A stretch of DNA of 56,608 nt from Deltaproteobacteria bacterium (GTDB lineage: Bacteria > Desulfobacterota > DSM-4660 > Desulfatiglandales > B25-G16). Numbering within the stretch: position 1 is the first letter of the stretch; each line of letters begins with the position of its first letter. The position numbers and the translations under genes were made by a program. A model generated the notes under the pieces. That model was not told the DNA's origin. It worked only from the letters and a program-made list of their open reading frames with translations, and ran no database searches. The stretch spans positions 1-56,608 of the forward strand of contig JAFDDT010000049.1 in the NCBI GenBank assembly GCA_019310725.1. Direction: 5' to 3'. Below are positions 35,403-44,127 of this stretch, in pieces.

Positions 35403-36317
35403 CTATTCCACCAATACCGCATATCCACAACCGGACTTGCCATACCCATTACCGTTGTAAAGCATATAATTACGCGCTTCATGTTTGAAAACAAAGGGAT
35501 AGCAAATCATCTCGCTGTCCCAGCCTTGCGGAGAGACATCGATTCCAACAGTATCGTCCATGCGTTTCCACGATAGGCCATCTTTTGATTCTGCATAGCC
35601 TGCTCGGTAGGTATTCCATCCCCCCCTATGGCTGTACCACATTTTGTATGTACAGCCTTCTTGATAAACGACCGGTCTGGCAATAGCATATTCATCCTGC
35701 CTCAGGTCGATACAATCCAGTCCTTGTGGATTCCAATTCAACCCATCGAGTGACTCAGCGTAACGAATATGGTAATAGTGTTTCGATTTAGGATCGTTTT
35801 GGACTACTTCCCAGCCAGTTCCAGAAACGTACCACATCCGCCATATTCCATTTTCCTTAGTTACCCAGGGCGAAGCCGTCAGATACGGATCGTGCTCAGT
35901 TCGGCCTAAAACTGGAGCCTTTGAATACCTCTCATAGGTCTTCCCACCGTCTTCACTTATCGCAAGGCCAATAAAGAAAGAAAACGGTGTTACCACCTCC
36001 TGTTTCCACCCCGTGTAGTACATGTATTTTTTCGAGTCGGAATCAACTATACACGACGGCATGACTCCACAGTCATCGAAACATCCCAGATCACCAAGAT
36101 CTATGGTAGGTTCCGGTGTTATGTATAAGAGTTTTACGGAATCTTTGAAATCAACAGATGCATATCCTCCCCGTGCTCTATTTGCTCTGTCCCTCCCTGC
36201 AAAGTGGACTTTATATAGGCTATTTTCTACGTTCTCAACAAATGGATTTTGTGCATAAGTGACCATCCACTCGAACGTACCAGGTTGAATAAGCAAGCCC
36301 TTTTTTAGCCATCTCAT
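35403..36317 (-). CDS. Predicted beta-propeller glycosidase-like protein (GH32/43/68-clan-like), function unknown
   Basis: Repeated W/Y-rich blades (WRMWYVSGTGW, YKMWYSHRGGW, YMLYNGNGYG). This is only a fold-level guess. ATG 36317 follows the upstream stop in TAACATG. Confidence 0.35.
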   Translation of the reverse strand: MRWLKKGLLIQPGTFEWMVTYAQNPFVENVENSLYKVHFAGRDRANRARGGYASVDFKDSVKLLYITPEPTIDLGDLGCFDDCGVMPSCIVDSDSKKYMYYTGWKQEVVTPFSFFIGLAISEDGGKTYERYSKAPVLGRTEHDPYLTASPWVTKENGIWRMWYVSGTGWEVVQNDPKSKHYYHIRYAESLDGLNWNPQGLDCIDLRQDEYAIARPVVYQEGCTYKMWYSHRGGWNTYRAGYAESKDGLSWKRMDDTVGIDVSPQGWDSEMICYPFVFKHEARNYMLYNGNGYGKSGCGYAVLVE

Positions 36318-36318
36318 G

Positions 36319-36954
36319 TTACGTGATCTCATATTTCTTAACTAATATTGTAAACTCATAGAGGCCGTAGTCATGAAGCAGAGCTACATTTTTGGAATAA
36401 TTGCGCTTACAGTGATCAAACACAACACACGGGTCCGCATAATACAAATAGTCTTTCATATGTTCTCTATCTGAGTATTGTGTTAGCATGTTAAAGGCAA
36501 AACCCTTTTTACTTAGGTGATTAATTCCTTCAAGTATAGCTAAAACATACTCTTCCCACTCTTCATAGCTTCTGTCTAATTTGATATTAAAAATTCCACT
36601 TGCCACCGTGTAATCTGCCACAGTCAGACACGCTTCATCCGTAAAGAAACAGCACTGTTCCAATTCCCCATATAATTCTCTGGCCGTTTCACACATCTTG
36701 CCTGATATTTCAAATCCTCGATACTGAAACGAGTAATCTCCATCAGTCATATACTTAACCAGTGCTCCATAGCCACAACCGTAATCATTTATGGAAAAAA
36801 CCAGGTTTCTATCACAGATCTTTAGTAGTTGCTCAAATCTCAGCGTTTGTGACTGGGGAGAATTCCAGTCCACCCCCTTAGCTGTAGCGCCATAGGTGAC
36901 AATCTTTTCGTTATAATATTGCCTAACTCCGTCAATGATGCTATTGAACTGCAT
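36319..36954 (-). CDS. Class I SAM-dependent methyltransferase
   Basis: Motif I INDYGCGYGALVKYM. 211 aa. Confidence 0.7.
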   Translation of the reverse strand: MQFNSIIDGVRQYYNEKIVTYGATAKGVDWNSPQSQTLRFEQLLKICDRNLVFSINDYGCGYGALVKYMTDGDYSFQYRGFEISGKMCETARELYGELEQCCFFTDEACLTVADYTVASGIFNIKLDRSYEEWEEYVLAILEGINHLSKKGFAFNMLTQYSDREHMKDYLYYADPCVVFDHCKRNYSKNVALLHDYGLYEFTILVKKYEIT

Positions 36955-37072
36955 GCCTGCTGGCCCGCTTTCTCACTATTTTCAACTGATATTCCAAACT
37001 CAATACATGAATAGCCTTACGACTTACTTGCTATATTTCGTACAATGTTTTGTGATTGATCAATTTTCCCAT

Positions 37073-37446
37073 ATGGCCTATTGACTTAGCTGACCCAACT
37101 TTTTGGACATCAACTCATCCCTAGTTATAGTGCTTGTAGAGGCACAAGCAAACAATAAGCGATGAAACACTTCCCTTCCCCAAAACCTCCGATTGAAACG
37201 ATAACATACTTCTGAAAGATAGCTTTGGAGATGTTTTTTGATACACCTCCATCTGAGCCAGCAAAAACTGCTTTTACATTTGCAATGATCTTATTAGTCC
37301 AAGGTAGTGCCTTCATAAAAGCCTTGGGATCGCGAAGAACAGCACTATGATGAACTTATACCCAGCTTTGTCGTCACAGTCTCATAACCCTACATTACCC
37401 ATGGAGTTCGTGATAAATAATTGGGTCAGCTAAGTCAATAGGCCAT
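37073..37446. mobile_element. MITE-like nonautonomous element: perfect 26-bp terminal inverted repeats with 6-bp target-site duplication
   Basis: Left TIR atggcctattgacttagctgacccaa (37073-37098). The right TIR at 37421-37446 is its exact reverse complement. Flanking direct repeat TCCCAT at 37067-37072 and 37447-37452. Only a 63-aa non-transposase-like ORF lies inside. Confidence 0.8.
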
Positions 37447-37607
37447 TCCCATAATATATTCATATTCTGACTCTTGTTACAGGAACACTTCTTTGGACAA
37501 AAGAAACAGAAGGACATGCCCTATCGATTAGGTCAAGGAAACCCTCCCACAGGGGATGGCCTGACTGAAGAACTGTCACTTTCTTTACTCCCTCAAAATC
37601 ATATTCT

Positions 37608-40600
37608 TCAATGAAGGGAAATTTTTCCATAACATTCAGTCAAATTTTTGATCATATTCTCTTTACCGTAAGCATACAGCCTCTCTCGGTTTTCTCTGGC
37701 AAACCGTTTTTGCAGTGATTTGAGATTCCCAGCTGCATGGAGCAGAGTCTCTCTGACACTTTTCCCATCAATCTTCGTTCGCAACACATTCAGCTTGTGA
37801 TCCAAAATGCCATCAATGTCAGATGTATCCTGAACAATCGTAACCGCTCCTGAATATGCTGCTTGAAGTGTTGTGCCGGAGAATCCCTCATCATGGACCG
37901 CGAGAGAATAGACGATGTTATGTGACTTAATTAGTTCTGCAAATTCTGCCTGCGATAGAGAGTGCGGAATAAAATCGCAGTACTGGGCCACACCCAGCGC
38001 CTTTGCCATTTGAATCATTCTTTCAAAATATTCCCTGCCCTGGTTTGGATTTTGGCCTATTATAAATGTGGCCTTTGTAGCAGGAAATTTGTTGACAAGA
38101 TATGGGATTGCCTTAACGAGAAGATCTTGACAATAGAACTCTCCCATCACTCGCGCAGAGAGAATCTTCGGGGTATCACTAATTTTTCGTATTTGATCAT
38201 AAAGGGAAAGGTCAATTAGAGGACGGAAGAAAACATATTTTTCAGCTGGCAAGTTGCCATAATATGACTGGTATCGTTTGAAAACATTGGGCATCCCGTG
38301 TAAAAAATAGTCCAGAGTTTCGATGCACCGTTTTTCATAATGATTCGCAACTCCATTGGGATACTTCATAGTTTGCGAAGACCATGGTACCAAGACACTG
38401 CGAATACCAAATCTGATTTTTGCCATCCAGACAGGGATACAGCTATACGTTAAGGAGTGTCCGTGGACAATATCAGGCGCTTCTTTTTCGAATGCCGTTT
38501 TCAGAAACTCTTCTAGCCGTCCCTCTAACTTTAGCCGTTGCCAATCGGGGCTCTCATAACCCCTGTAGGGAAAATAATACACAGGAATATGTTTTGGTGT
38601 GATAGCGGTTTCCGGAGGATAGTAACTAATTACACATTGCTCATATCCTCTCTTGTCTAGTTCTTCTATAATGTCAGATACATGGACAGAATGAGCACCG
38701 CCAATATGACATATCTTAGGCTTATCTTTGATCTTAGCCTCGGCCCTGGAAGGATGAGTCTTTTTGCGCCCTGTATCATTTGTTACGTACTTGAACTTTC
38801 CTCCCTTGGTCAAAGGAATATCCTGAACATATTGGAAATTAATGCTGACGTTGTCATCAACTTCTTTTATTTTGCTGTGAATATAATCCTCATCGTTTTT
38901 GGAAAAACCAATTTCTTTTACAATTTTTACCAAAATGGATTTCTCTTCATTTTGAATAAATTGATATGCTCTCATGGGTAAGTGATTAATCATATTGCAT
39001 AATTCTGTTCCATTAATAATAGCATTGGGAGTCGTCAGGTAATCCGTTACCCTTCCCTTAAGATCTCTTATTAGTGGCAAGGTCCGCCCGCAAGCACAAC
39101 GATCATGTGTGACTCTTGCAAGGTCATCAGACTTATAGCGAATCCACGGCATCACCAGATTATAAAGATGGGTACACGTGATGATGCCTTCCTGATTTGA
39201 ATCCACCCTTTGATTCTCTTCACTGAGGAGTTCCAGCAAGAAGATCTCGTGAGAAATATGGAAACCATCATGGTTTTCACACTCCATTGCGTTCGATCCA
39301 CCGTCATTGACGCCATAGGTGTCAAAGACCTCTCCCAAGTGTTTGCTAATGCGTTGTCTTTGTGAATCGAGTAACACTTCACTTGTTAAGAAACTAGCTT
39401 TCCCTTTAATGTTTTCATTTAGTTCCAACTTCTCAAGATAACTGCAGAACAAATCCATCAAATACGGCAAGCCCCTGTAGAACTCAGGATTGTATGTCAG
39501 AATCTCCTGATAAACCCTTAATGCTGTCTCATCCGTGAAGCCGAACATCTCTATTTTCTTGCCGCCCTGAGGGCCCAACCCGCCTCCAGCAATAGTTAAC
39601 AGTCTACTGTTTTCCTTCCACCCGGCCCATCTCCAACCCCTTCTCTGTGTACAGTCAATGGATTCTGCCTGTTCCTTTGAAATAAGATAATTAAAAGGCC
39701 TTCCAGTCGAGCCTCCTGTATTTCCGTGGTAAAAGCCAAATTGATCTGCATTATCCGCGATAAAATCCCTTATCTGCTTTCTCATTACCATCTTGTCAAC
39801 GACCGGTAGTTTCTCAAGATCCTCAAATGCCTGGATGTCTTTAGGCTTAAGGCCTCTGTATCGCATTTCCTTTTTCCAAAATGGGACATGGTAATAGGCC
39901 TGTTTTATAAGATTCTCCAAAAGGAGGCCATGATGTTTCAAAGCTTCCGTTTTATCCCAATATTGTGATTCAAAAAGATCGATATCTTTTATGGACGGGG
40001 CAAAGATTCTATCCTTCTTAATTACATTAAAATGCCTGCCCTCCTCTTCTGTTTTAAACACCTCCCGAGCTGTTTTCCTTGCAATAACCATTTGCCCCAA
40101 TAAGTTATCAGTTGTAGAGGCGAAAAGAGCTGTCTCCTCATGGATTTTTTTCAGTACAGCTCTATCAAAATATTCCTCTATTTTAGCATTCTTACTGATC
40201 CCATCTTTGGAAAGCTCGGCTTTCAACTTCTTGAGGGAGCTAGCTGTGGCACCCGACTTTTCAAGGAAATCTCGACTTGTCTTTCTTGTTTCATAGCTCT
40301 TATGAAGGCGAATTTCAAAACCAGCCTTATGGATGGCTAATTCTAAAGACTTTTTCGAAAAATAGTAAAGATGATTGGGTACTTCCAGGAACCTTGTCCC
40401 AATTGAATCATCGAGGAACCGTTGCTCTATATGGTAAATGAGTGCGCCACAATTTGGAACGCTCAAAAAAACCACGCCGTTGTTCTTTAGAATACGCCGT
40501 ACCTCAACCAGGAACCGTATTGGATCGGGCAAATGCTCCAGAAGTTGGTTGAAAATAACGATATCAAATGTTTCTTCAGGGAAGTTGAAGTCGAAAATAG

Positions 40601-42581
40601 TTCCGCATTCTAGATCCAAACCATATTTCTGCCTGCCATACTCGATAAAATACCTGTTCAGATCGATTCCTTTGCATTCATAGCCGATATCCGCAAATTT
40701 TTTGAGAAACAGGCCATCAAAACAGCCGACCTCCAGAACCTTTTCTCCGCCCCTCAATTCGGTGTTTTCAGAAATGGTGGCGAAATACGTTTCATAGGTT
40801 TGTTTGTTCTGTTTGTGGTTTGCCTCTATGGCTAGGTTCAGATCGTTATTCCATCTCTTTTTCTTCTCTTGCTCTGAATACCACTGTTTTGAGAATTCCT
40901 CGGTGGGAACTGGATGAACAAAGCGCAGCTCACAGTCGCGACAGAAGATCACGTGGAAATCGTATATCTTCTTGATGCGCTCCGTGTGCATGCTTCCACA
41001 TATACGACAAGGCACACACCTTGAGCCCATATCCAAAGATTCTCTTACTCCTATCCCCTCAATTCGAGACCCTCGATTCATTACTTGCCTATAGAACTGT
41101 TCAAGCCGTGCAATTTCCTTTTCGTAGGTGAATACCTGTCTTGAGAAGTCTGTTATCTCAGCGATCTCCTTTAATCGAGACACGTTTTTGGTTATATCCT
41201 CTTTATTCTGAAATGTAATTCCCACAGGATTCGTGCTGAAGTATTCGATATAGCTTCTCAGAGGGGATGCCAACACCGGGAGGCCAGCTGCAAGGTATTC
41301 GAATAATTTGTTGGCGATGGTTGAATCGAGGAAGCGTTTGTTTCCCTTCTCCAGGTTAAAGGGTATAATGCCAAAATCGAATTGGCTCATCGCCTCGATT
41401 ATCTGTTTAGGCGACAAGGGGTTGCTGTAATGGATATTTGGAAACTCCGAGAAATACCGAGCGATCTCTGTGTCGTAAAATGTAGGATAAATGTGTATAT
41501 GGTTTCCCAGCTTGGCGAGTTGGACAAATAAGGAGAAGAAATCCCGATGCCCGTTCCCTCCAATGCCTCCTTCGTAGACAATGTGAACTTTACCATCCCG
41601 GGCAGAAAGTTTTGGTAAACTGTTTTTAGGTAAATCGGATTCCGATACGTAATTGTAAAGAACCAGAGAGGGCCCATTAACGCCATACAGCTTCTGTGCC
41701 TCTTCCATTTGATACGGCGTCGTGTAGACCCTGCCGGTGGCTCCGCGATTTGCCACACCCTCGAAATAAGACAAATTCAGATCCCCGTTTGCCCGCAATG
41801 AGATTAAATCATGTGTGTCGTGGATTACCGGTGCCTCTCCAGCCAGAGCGGCAACAGTCAATATATCTGGCTCGTTATGACAATGAACGATATCGTAATG
41901 CCTTGATATGTCCCAAAGCTGGCGAAAATTCGATATATGAATATTCTCGTCATACACATCATCACTCAACCCTTTATACATTTGACTCAAACGCGCCTTG
42001 GTATAGGCTAGGGAAATCCTATGGCCTCTGGATCGCAAGGCAGTGGCCATTTTGTAATTGCGAATGCACGGTGCTTCCTGAACAAAAAGGATGTTGAGGG
42101 GCTTTTCGCTGATCGCAATCCTTGGAGCAGAACCCTTTTTCTCAAGTGCTCTTAAGGAATCTGCAACAATTTGTTGATCAGGATTCAGTTCAAGGGATTT
42201 TTTCAAGGTCACTCGAGCTTTTTCAGTCTCGGCCATCTCCAAATAGATCGTGCCAAGCTGATTAAAGAGATTGGGATCCGTATTCTCGATCTCGATGCAC
42301 TTTTCTAAATGAATACAAGCCTCTTTCCAGCGCTTGGTGTTCTGGTATAAGTCTGCCAAATTAAGTAGCGCATCGAGGTACTCTTCCTTGGCGGCGATAG
42401 CTTTTAAGAATAGGTCTTCAGCTCCTTTAACGTTACCTTTGGCATGCTGGATTACCCCAAGATTATTGAGGGTTTCAGCATTCATTGGATCATTTTCCAA
42501 CAGATCCAAAAAGCACTTTTCCGCCTCTTCAATTTTTCCTTCAGCAAATAATGCTTCGCCCTGTTTTATGGGGTTTTCCAT
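37608..42581 (-). CDS. 1657-aa multidomain enzyme: TPR, GT4-like glycosyltransferase, Zn-ribbon + SAM methyltransferase, CapK/phenylacetate-CoA-ligase-like adenylating domain, second GT4-like glycosyltransferase
   Basis: TPR repeats in the first ~160 aa. GT-B-like region (FEYLAAGLPVLAS). Zn-ribbon CVPCRICGS...CRDCELRF plus methyltransferase motif VLEVGCFDGLF. NTGGSTGRPFNY (adenylate-forming motif). C-terminal GT4-like region (VHGHSLTYSCIPVW...). ATG 42581 has GGAGG 9 nt upstream. Confidence 0.75.
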   Translation of the reverse strand: MENPIKQGEALFAEGKIEEAEKCFLDLLENDPMNAETLNNLGVIQHAKGNVKGAEDLFLKAIAAKEEYLDALLNLADLYQNTKRWKEACIHLEKCIEIENTDPNLFNQLGTIYLEMAETEKARVTLKKSLELNPDQQIVADSLRALEKKGSAPRIAISEKPLNILFVQEAPCIRNYKMATALRSRGHRISLAYTKARLSQMYKGLSDDVYDENIHISNFRQLWDISRHYDIVHCHNEPDILTVAALAGEAPVIHDTHDLISLRANGDLNLSYFEGVANRGATGRVYTTPYQMEEAQKLYGVNGPSLVLYNYVSESDLPKNSLPKLSARDGKVHIVYEGGIGGNGHRDFFSLFVQLAKLGNHIHIYPTFYDTEIARYFSEFPNIHYSNPLSPKQIIEAMSQFDFGIIPFNLEKGNKRFLDSTIANKLFEYLAAGLPVLASPLRSYIEYFSTNPVGITFQNKEDITKNVSRLKEIAEITDFSRQVFTYEKEIARLEQFYRQVMNRGSRIEGIGVRESLDMGSRCVPCRICGSMHTERIKKIYDFHVIFCRDCELRFVHPVPTEEFSKQWYSEQEKKKRWNNDLNLAIEANHKQNKQTYETYFATISENTELRGGEKVLEVGCFDGLFLKKFADIGYECKGIDLNRYFIEYGRQKYGLDLECGTIFDFNFPEETFDIVIFNQLLEHLPDPIRFLVEVRRILKNNGVVFLSVPNCGALIYHIEQRFLDDSIGTRFLEVPNHLYYFSKKSLELAIHKAGFEIRLHKSYETRKTSRDFLEKSGATASSLKKLKAELSKDGISKNAKIEEYFDRAVLKKIHEETALFASTTDNLLGQMVIARKTAREVFKTEEEGRHFNVIKKDRIFAPSIKDIDLFESQYWDKTEALKHHGLLLENLIKQAYYHVPFWKKEMRYRGLKPKDIQAFEDLEKLPVVDKMVMRKQIRDFIADNADQFGFYHGNTGGSTGRPFNYLISKEQAESIDCTQRRGWRWAGWKENSRLLTIAGGGLGPQGGKKIEMFGFTDETALRVYQEILTYNPEFYRGLPYLMDLFCSYLEKLELNENIKGKASFLTSEVLLDSQRQRISKHLGEVFDTYGVNDGGSNAMECENHDGFHISHEIFLLELLSEENQRVDSNQEGIITCTHLYNLVMPWIRYKSDDLARVTHDRCACGRTLPLIRDLKGRVTDYLTTPNAIINGTELCNMINHLPMRAYQFIQNEEKSILVKIVKEIGFSKNDEDYIHSKIKEVDDNVSINFQYVQDIPLTKGGKFKYVTNDTGRKKTHPSRAEAKIKDKPKICHIGGAHSVHVSDIIEELDKRGYEQCVISYYPPETAITPKHIPVYYFPYRGYESPDWQRLKLEGRLEEFLKTAFEKEAPDIVHGHSLTYSCIPVWMAKIRFGIRSVLVPWSSQTMKYPNGVANHYEKRCIETLDYFLHGMPNVFKRYQSYYGNLPAEKYVFFRPLIDLSLYDQIRKISDTPKILSARVMGEFYCQDLLVKAIPYLVNKFPATKATFIIGQNPNQGREYFERMIQMAKALGVAQYCDFIPHSLSQAEFAELIKSHNIVYSLAVHDEGFSGTTLQAAYSGAVTIVQDTSDIDGILDHKLNVLRTKIDGKSVRETLLHAAGNLKSLQKRFARENRERLYAYGKENMIKNLTECYGKISLH

Positions 42582-42608
42582 GAAAAGCAACCTCCGCTCA
42601 CTTTTTTA

Positions 42609-42637
42609 TTGACAAAACAACCCAAAAGCAATACACT
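42609..42637 (+). promoter_or_regulatory. Sigma70-type promoter candidate for the RHH-PIN pair (TTGACA-N17-TACACT)
   Basis: TTGACA at 42609-42614, a 17-nt spacer, and TACACT at 42632-42637, 30 nt upstream of ATG 42668. Confidence 0.4.
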
Positions 42638-42667
42638 TTTCAAAATTTTGTAATACAAAGGTGCGAT

Positions 42668-42974
42668 ATGAAAAAAACGCTTACCCTCAGGTTAGATTCA
42701 AGGTTTTACAATCAACTTGAATCGATAGCAGCCAGCAGCCAGGAAAGGTGTTTCAAAAAGTTTTTTGGTCAGGAAAGCGCTGGAAGGCGCCTTTTCTGAA
42801 TTGCATGAAGAAATCGACTCGACGCTGCTGAAGTCAATGACAATAGCCTTGAGAGAAAACAAGTCCTTGTCCTTTAAAACAAATTGGCAACTTATTGAAA
42901 AGGAGTTGTCTGAGTCCATGCCACAGTGGCCTTCTGCTGATGAAGCTATGAAGCATTCCAGAACGAGAAAATAA
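42668..42974 (+). pseudogene. Ribbon-helix-helix (CopG-type) antitoxin gene interrupted by a +1 frameshift
   Basis: From ATG 42668 the translation is MKKTLTLRLDSRFYNQLESIAASSQER. The protein sense then continues in another frame as VSKSFLVRKALEGAFSELHEE... to 42974. One extra base lies near 42749. Confidence 0.6.
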
Positions 42975-42978
42975 CTAG

Positions 42979-43446
42979 ATGAAGTTGTTTATTGATACCG
43001 ACATTTTTGTTCGAGACCTGATATACAGAGACGACAAGAACATCAAAGAGAATGATTTGTTTCTAAATTCGGTCAAGGCAAAAAAGATAATTGGATTCAC
43101 ATCTATTTACAATCTGTTGGAATTATGTGGAATATTGTCATTTAATCTTAACTCGGAATCGCTATTGCATCTTTATTGGGGTTTCAAGAAAAGGTATCGG
43201 CTAAAACAAATTCTTTTTGGCAAATCTTCTGATGAAAATCCTATCATTGATATCAATATAGTATTTGGACAACTTCTCAAGAAGATGTCCTTTGGAGATG
43301 CGCTGATTGCTGCTTGTGTTCAATATCATTCGGATTTGATAGAAGGTTTTGTTTCGTGGAACATGAAACATTTTGAAAACAAATTAAATATGGATGTGTA
43401 TACTCCGCTGACATTGCTCAGGAAGCTTGACGCTGATTTATTTTAA
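42979..43446 (+). CDS. PIN-domain protein (VapC-like toxin)
   Basis: MKLFIDTDIFVRD start and a later GDALIAACV segment. It begins 4 nt after the RHH reading frame ends. Confidence 0.6.
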   Translation: MKLFIDTDIFVRDLIYRDDKNIKENDLFLNSVKAKKIIGFTSIYNLLELCGILSFNLNSESLLHLYWGFKKRYRLKQILFGKSSDENPIIDINIVFGQLLKKMSFGDALIAACVQYHSDLIEGFVSWNMKHFENKLNMDVYTPLTLLRKLDADLF

Positions 43447-43788
43447 GCCCTCCCTCTGGAAAAAGCTATAAACCTCGTCGCTAACAACCTCGGCCAACCT
43501 GTTTGCCAGAGAATCGATCCTGCTTGGATTCAAATGAGTCCTACTCGCTTGATCCCTATTGTTGAGTTCTTTCTTGATCTCCGCCAGGGGCATTCCTTTT
43601 CCTCTCAACTCTTTAATCCCTTTAATGATGGAAACGTGCTCAGAGGTGTAGCGTCTCTGTCCACCCTGGGTTCTTAAAGGAAGCAGAATGCCTTCAAACT
43701 CTCTTTCCCAAAAACGCAACGTCGGCTTTGGTATTCTAAGCTCCAGGCTGACCTGCTGGATACTCAATGCTTTTTCCTGTGGATTCAT
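43438..43788 (-). CDS. Small MerR-family transcriptional regulator
   Basis: LSIQQVSLELRIPKPTLRFWEREFEGILLPLRTQGGQRRYTSEHVSIIKGIKELR is a MerR-type wHTH. 116 aa. Confidence 0.75.
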   Translation of the reverse strand: MNPQEKALSIQQVSLELRIPKPTLRFWEREFEGILLPLRTQGGQRRYTSEHVSIIKGIKELRGKGMPLAEIKKELNNRDQASRTHLNPSRIDSLANRLAEVVSDEVYSFFQREGLK

Positions 43789-44100
43789 AGGTATAACTTG
43801 CGGTTATGCTAAAGGAGCACCTAAGAGGCTAGAGGACCACTACGTTCGAGGACCGCTTCGCTTGAGGCAAAAAAGGCAAAGCCCTTTGCGCCATGCGTTT
43901 TACTTTGTGCCCCCATGCTCAAGGCCAGTCGCCCCTCTAACCACTTTCCGGCAGATAGACTCCGTCCCCTTAAATTACATGCCATCTCATTCAATAACAC
44001 ATTTAATTTTCTATTTTTCTTCTCATCCCAACGTTTCAAGCAGTTGACAATTTCAACGCAGCCAACCACTGATAGGGTGAGATTGGAAAGCTCAATAATT

Positions 44101-44127
44101 CTATCGGAAAAATTTGCTCTAACTTTA
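44101..44127 (-). promoter_or_regulatory. Sigma28-type promoter candidate: TAAAGTTA-N11-TCCGATAG
   Basis: The minus strand reads TAAAGTTAgagcaaattttTCCGATAG. The -10 box is identical to those of the fliD and fliC promoters. It points toward the MerR-type gene about 310 nt downstream. Confidence 0.45.

Noticed and set aside
37125-37316. 63-aa ORF inside the MITE as a transposase or independent gene
   Set aside because: It is too short, has no DDE, serine or tyrosine recombinase motifs, and lies wholly within the TIR-bounded element.
43869-43935. c-di-GMP-I (GEMM-I) riboswitch on the minus strand (GGCGCAAAGGGC and GGGCACAAAG resemble ACGCAAAGCC and CACAGGGCAAACC)
   Set aside because: Only two short partial matches were found. 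The expected paired helices and tetraloop-receptor arrangement could not be built by eye. An Infernal scan is needed before any claim.
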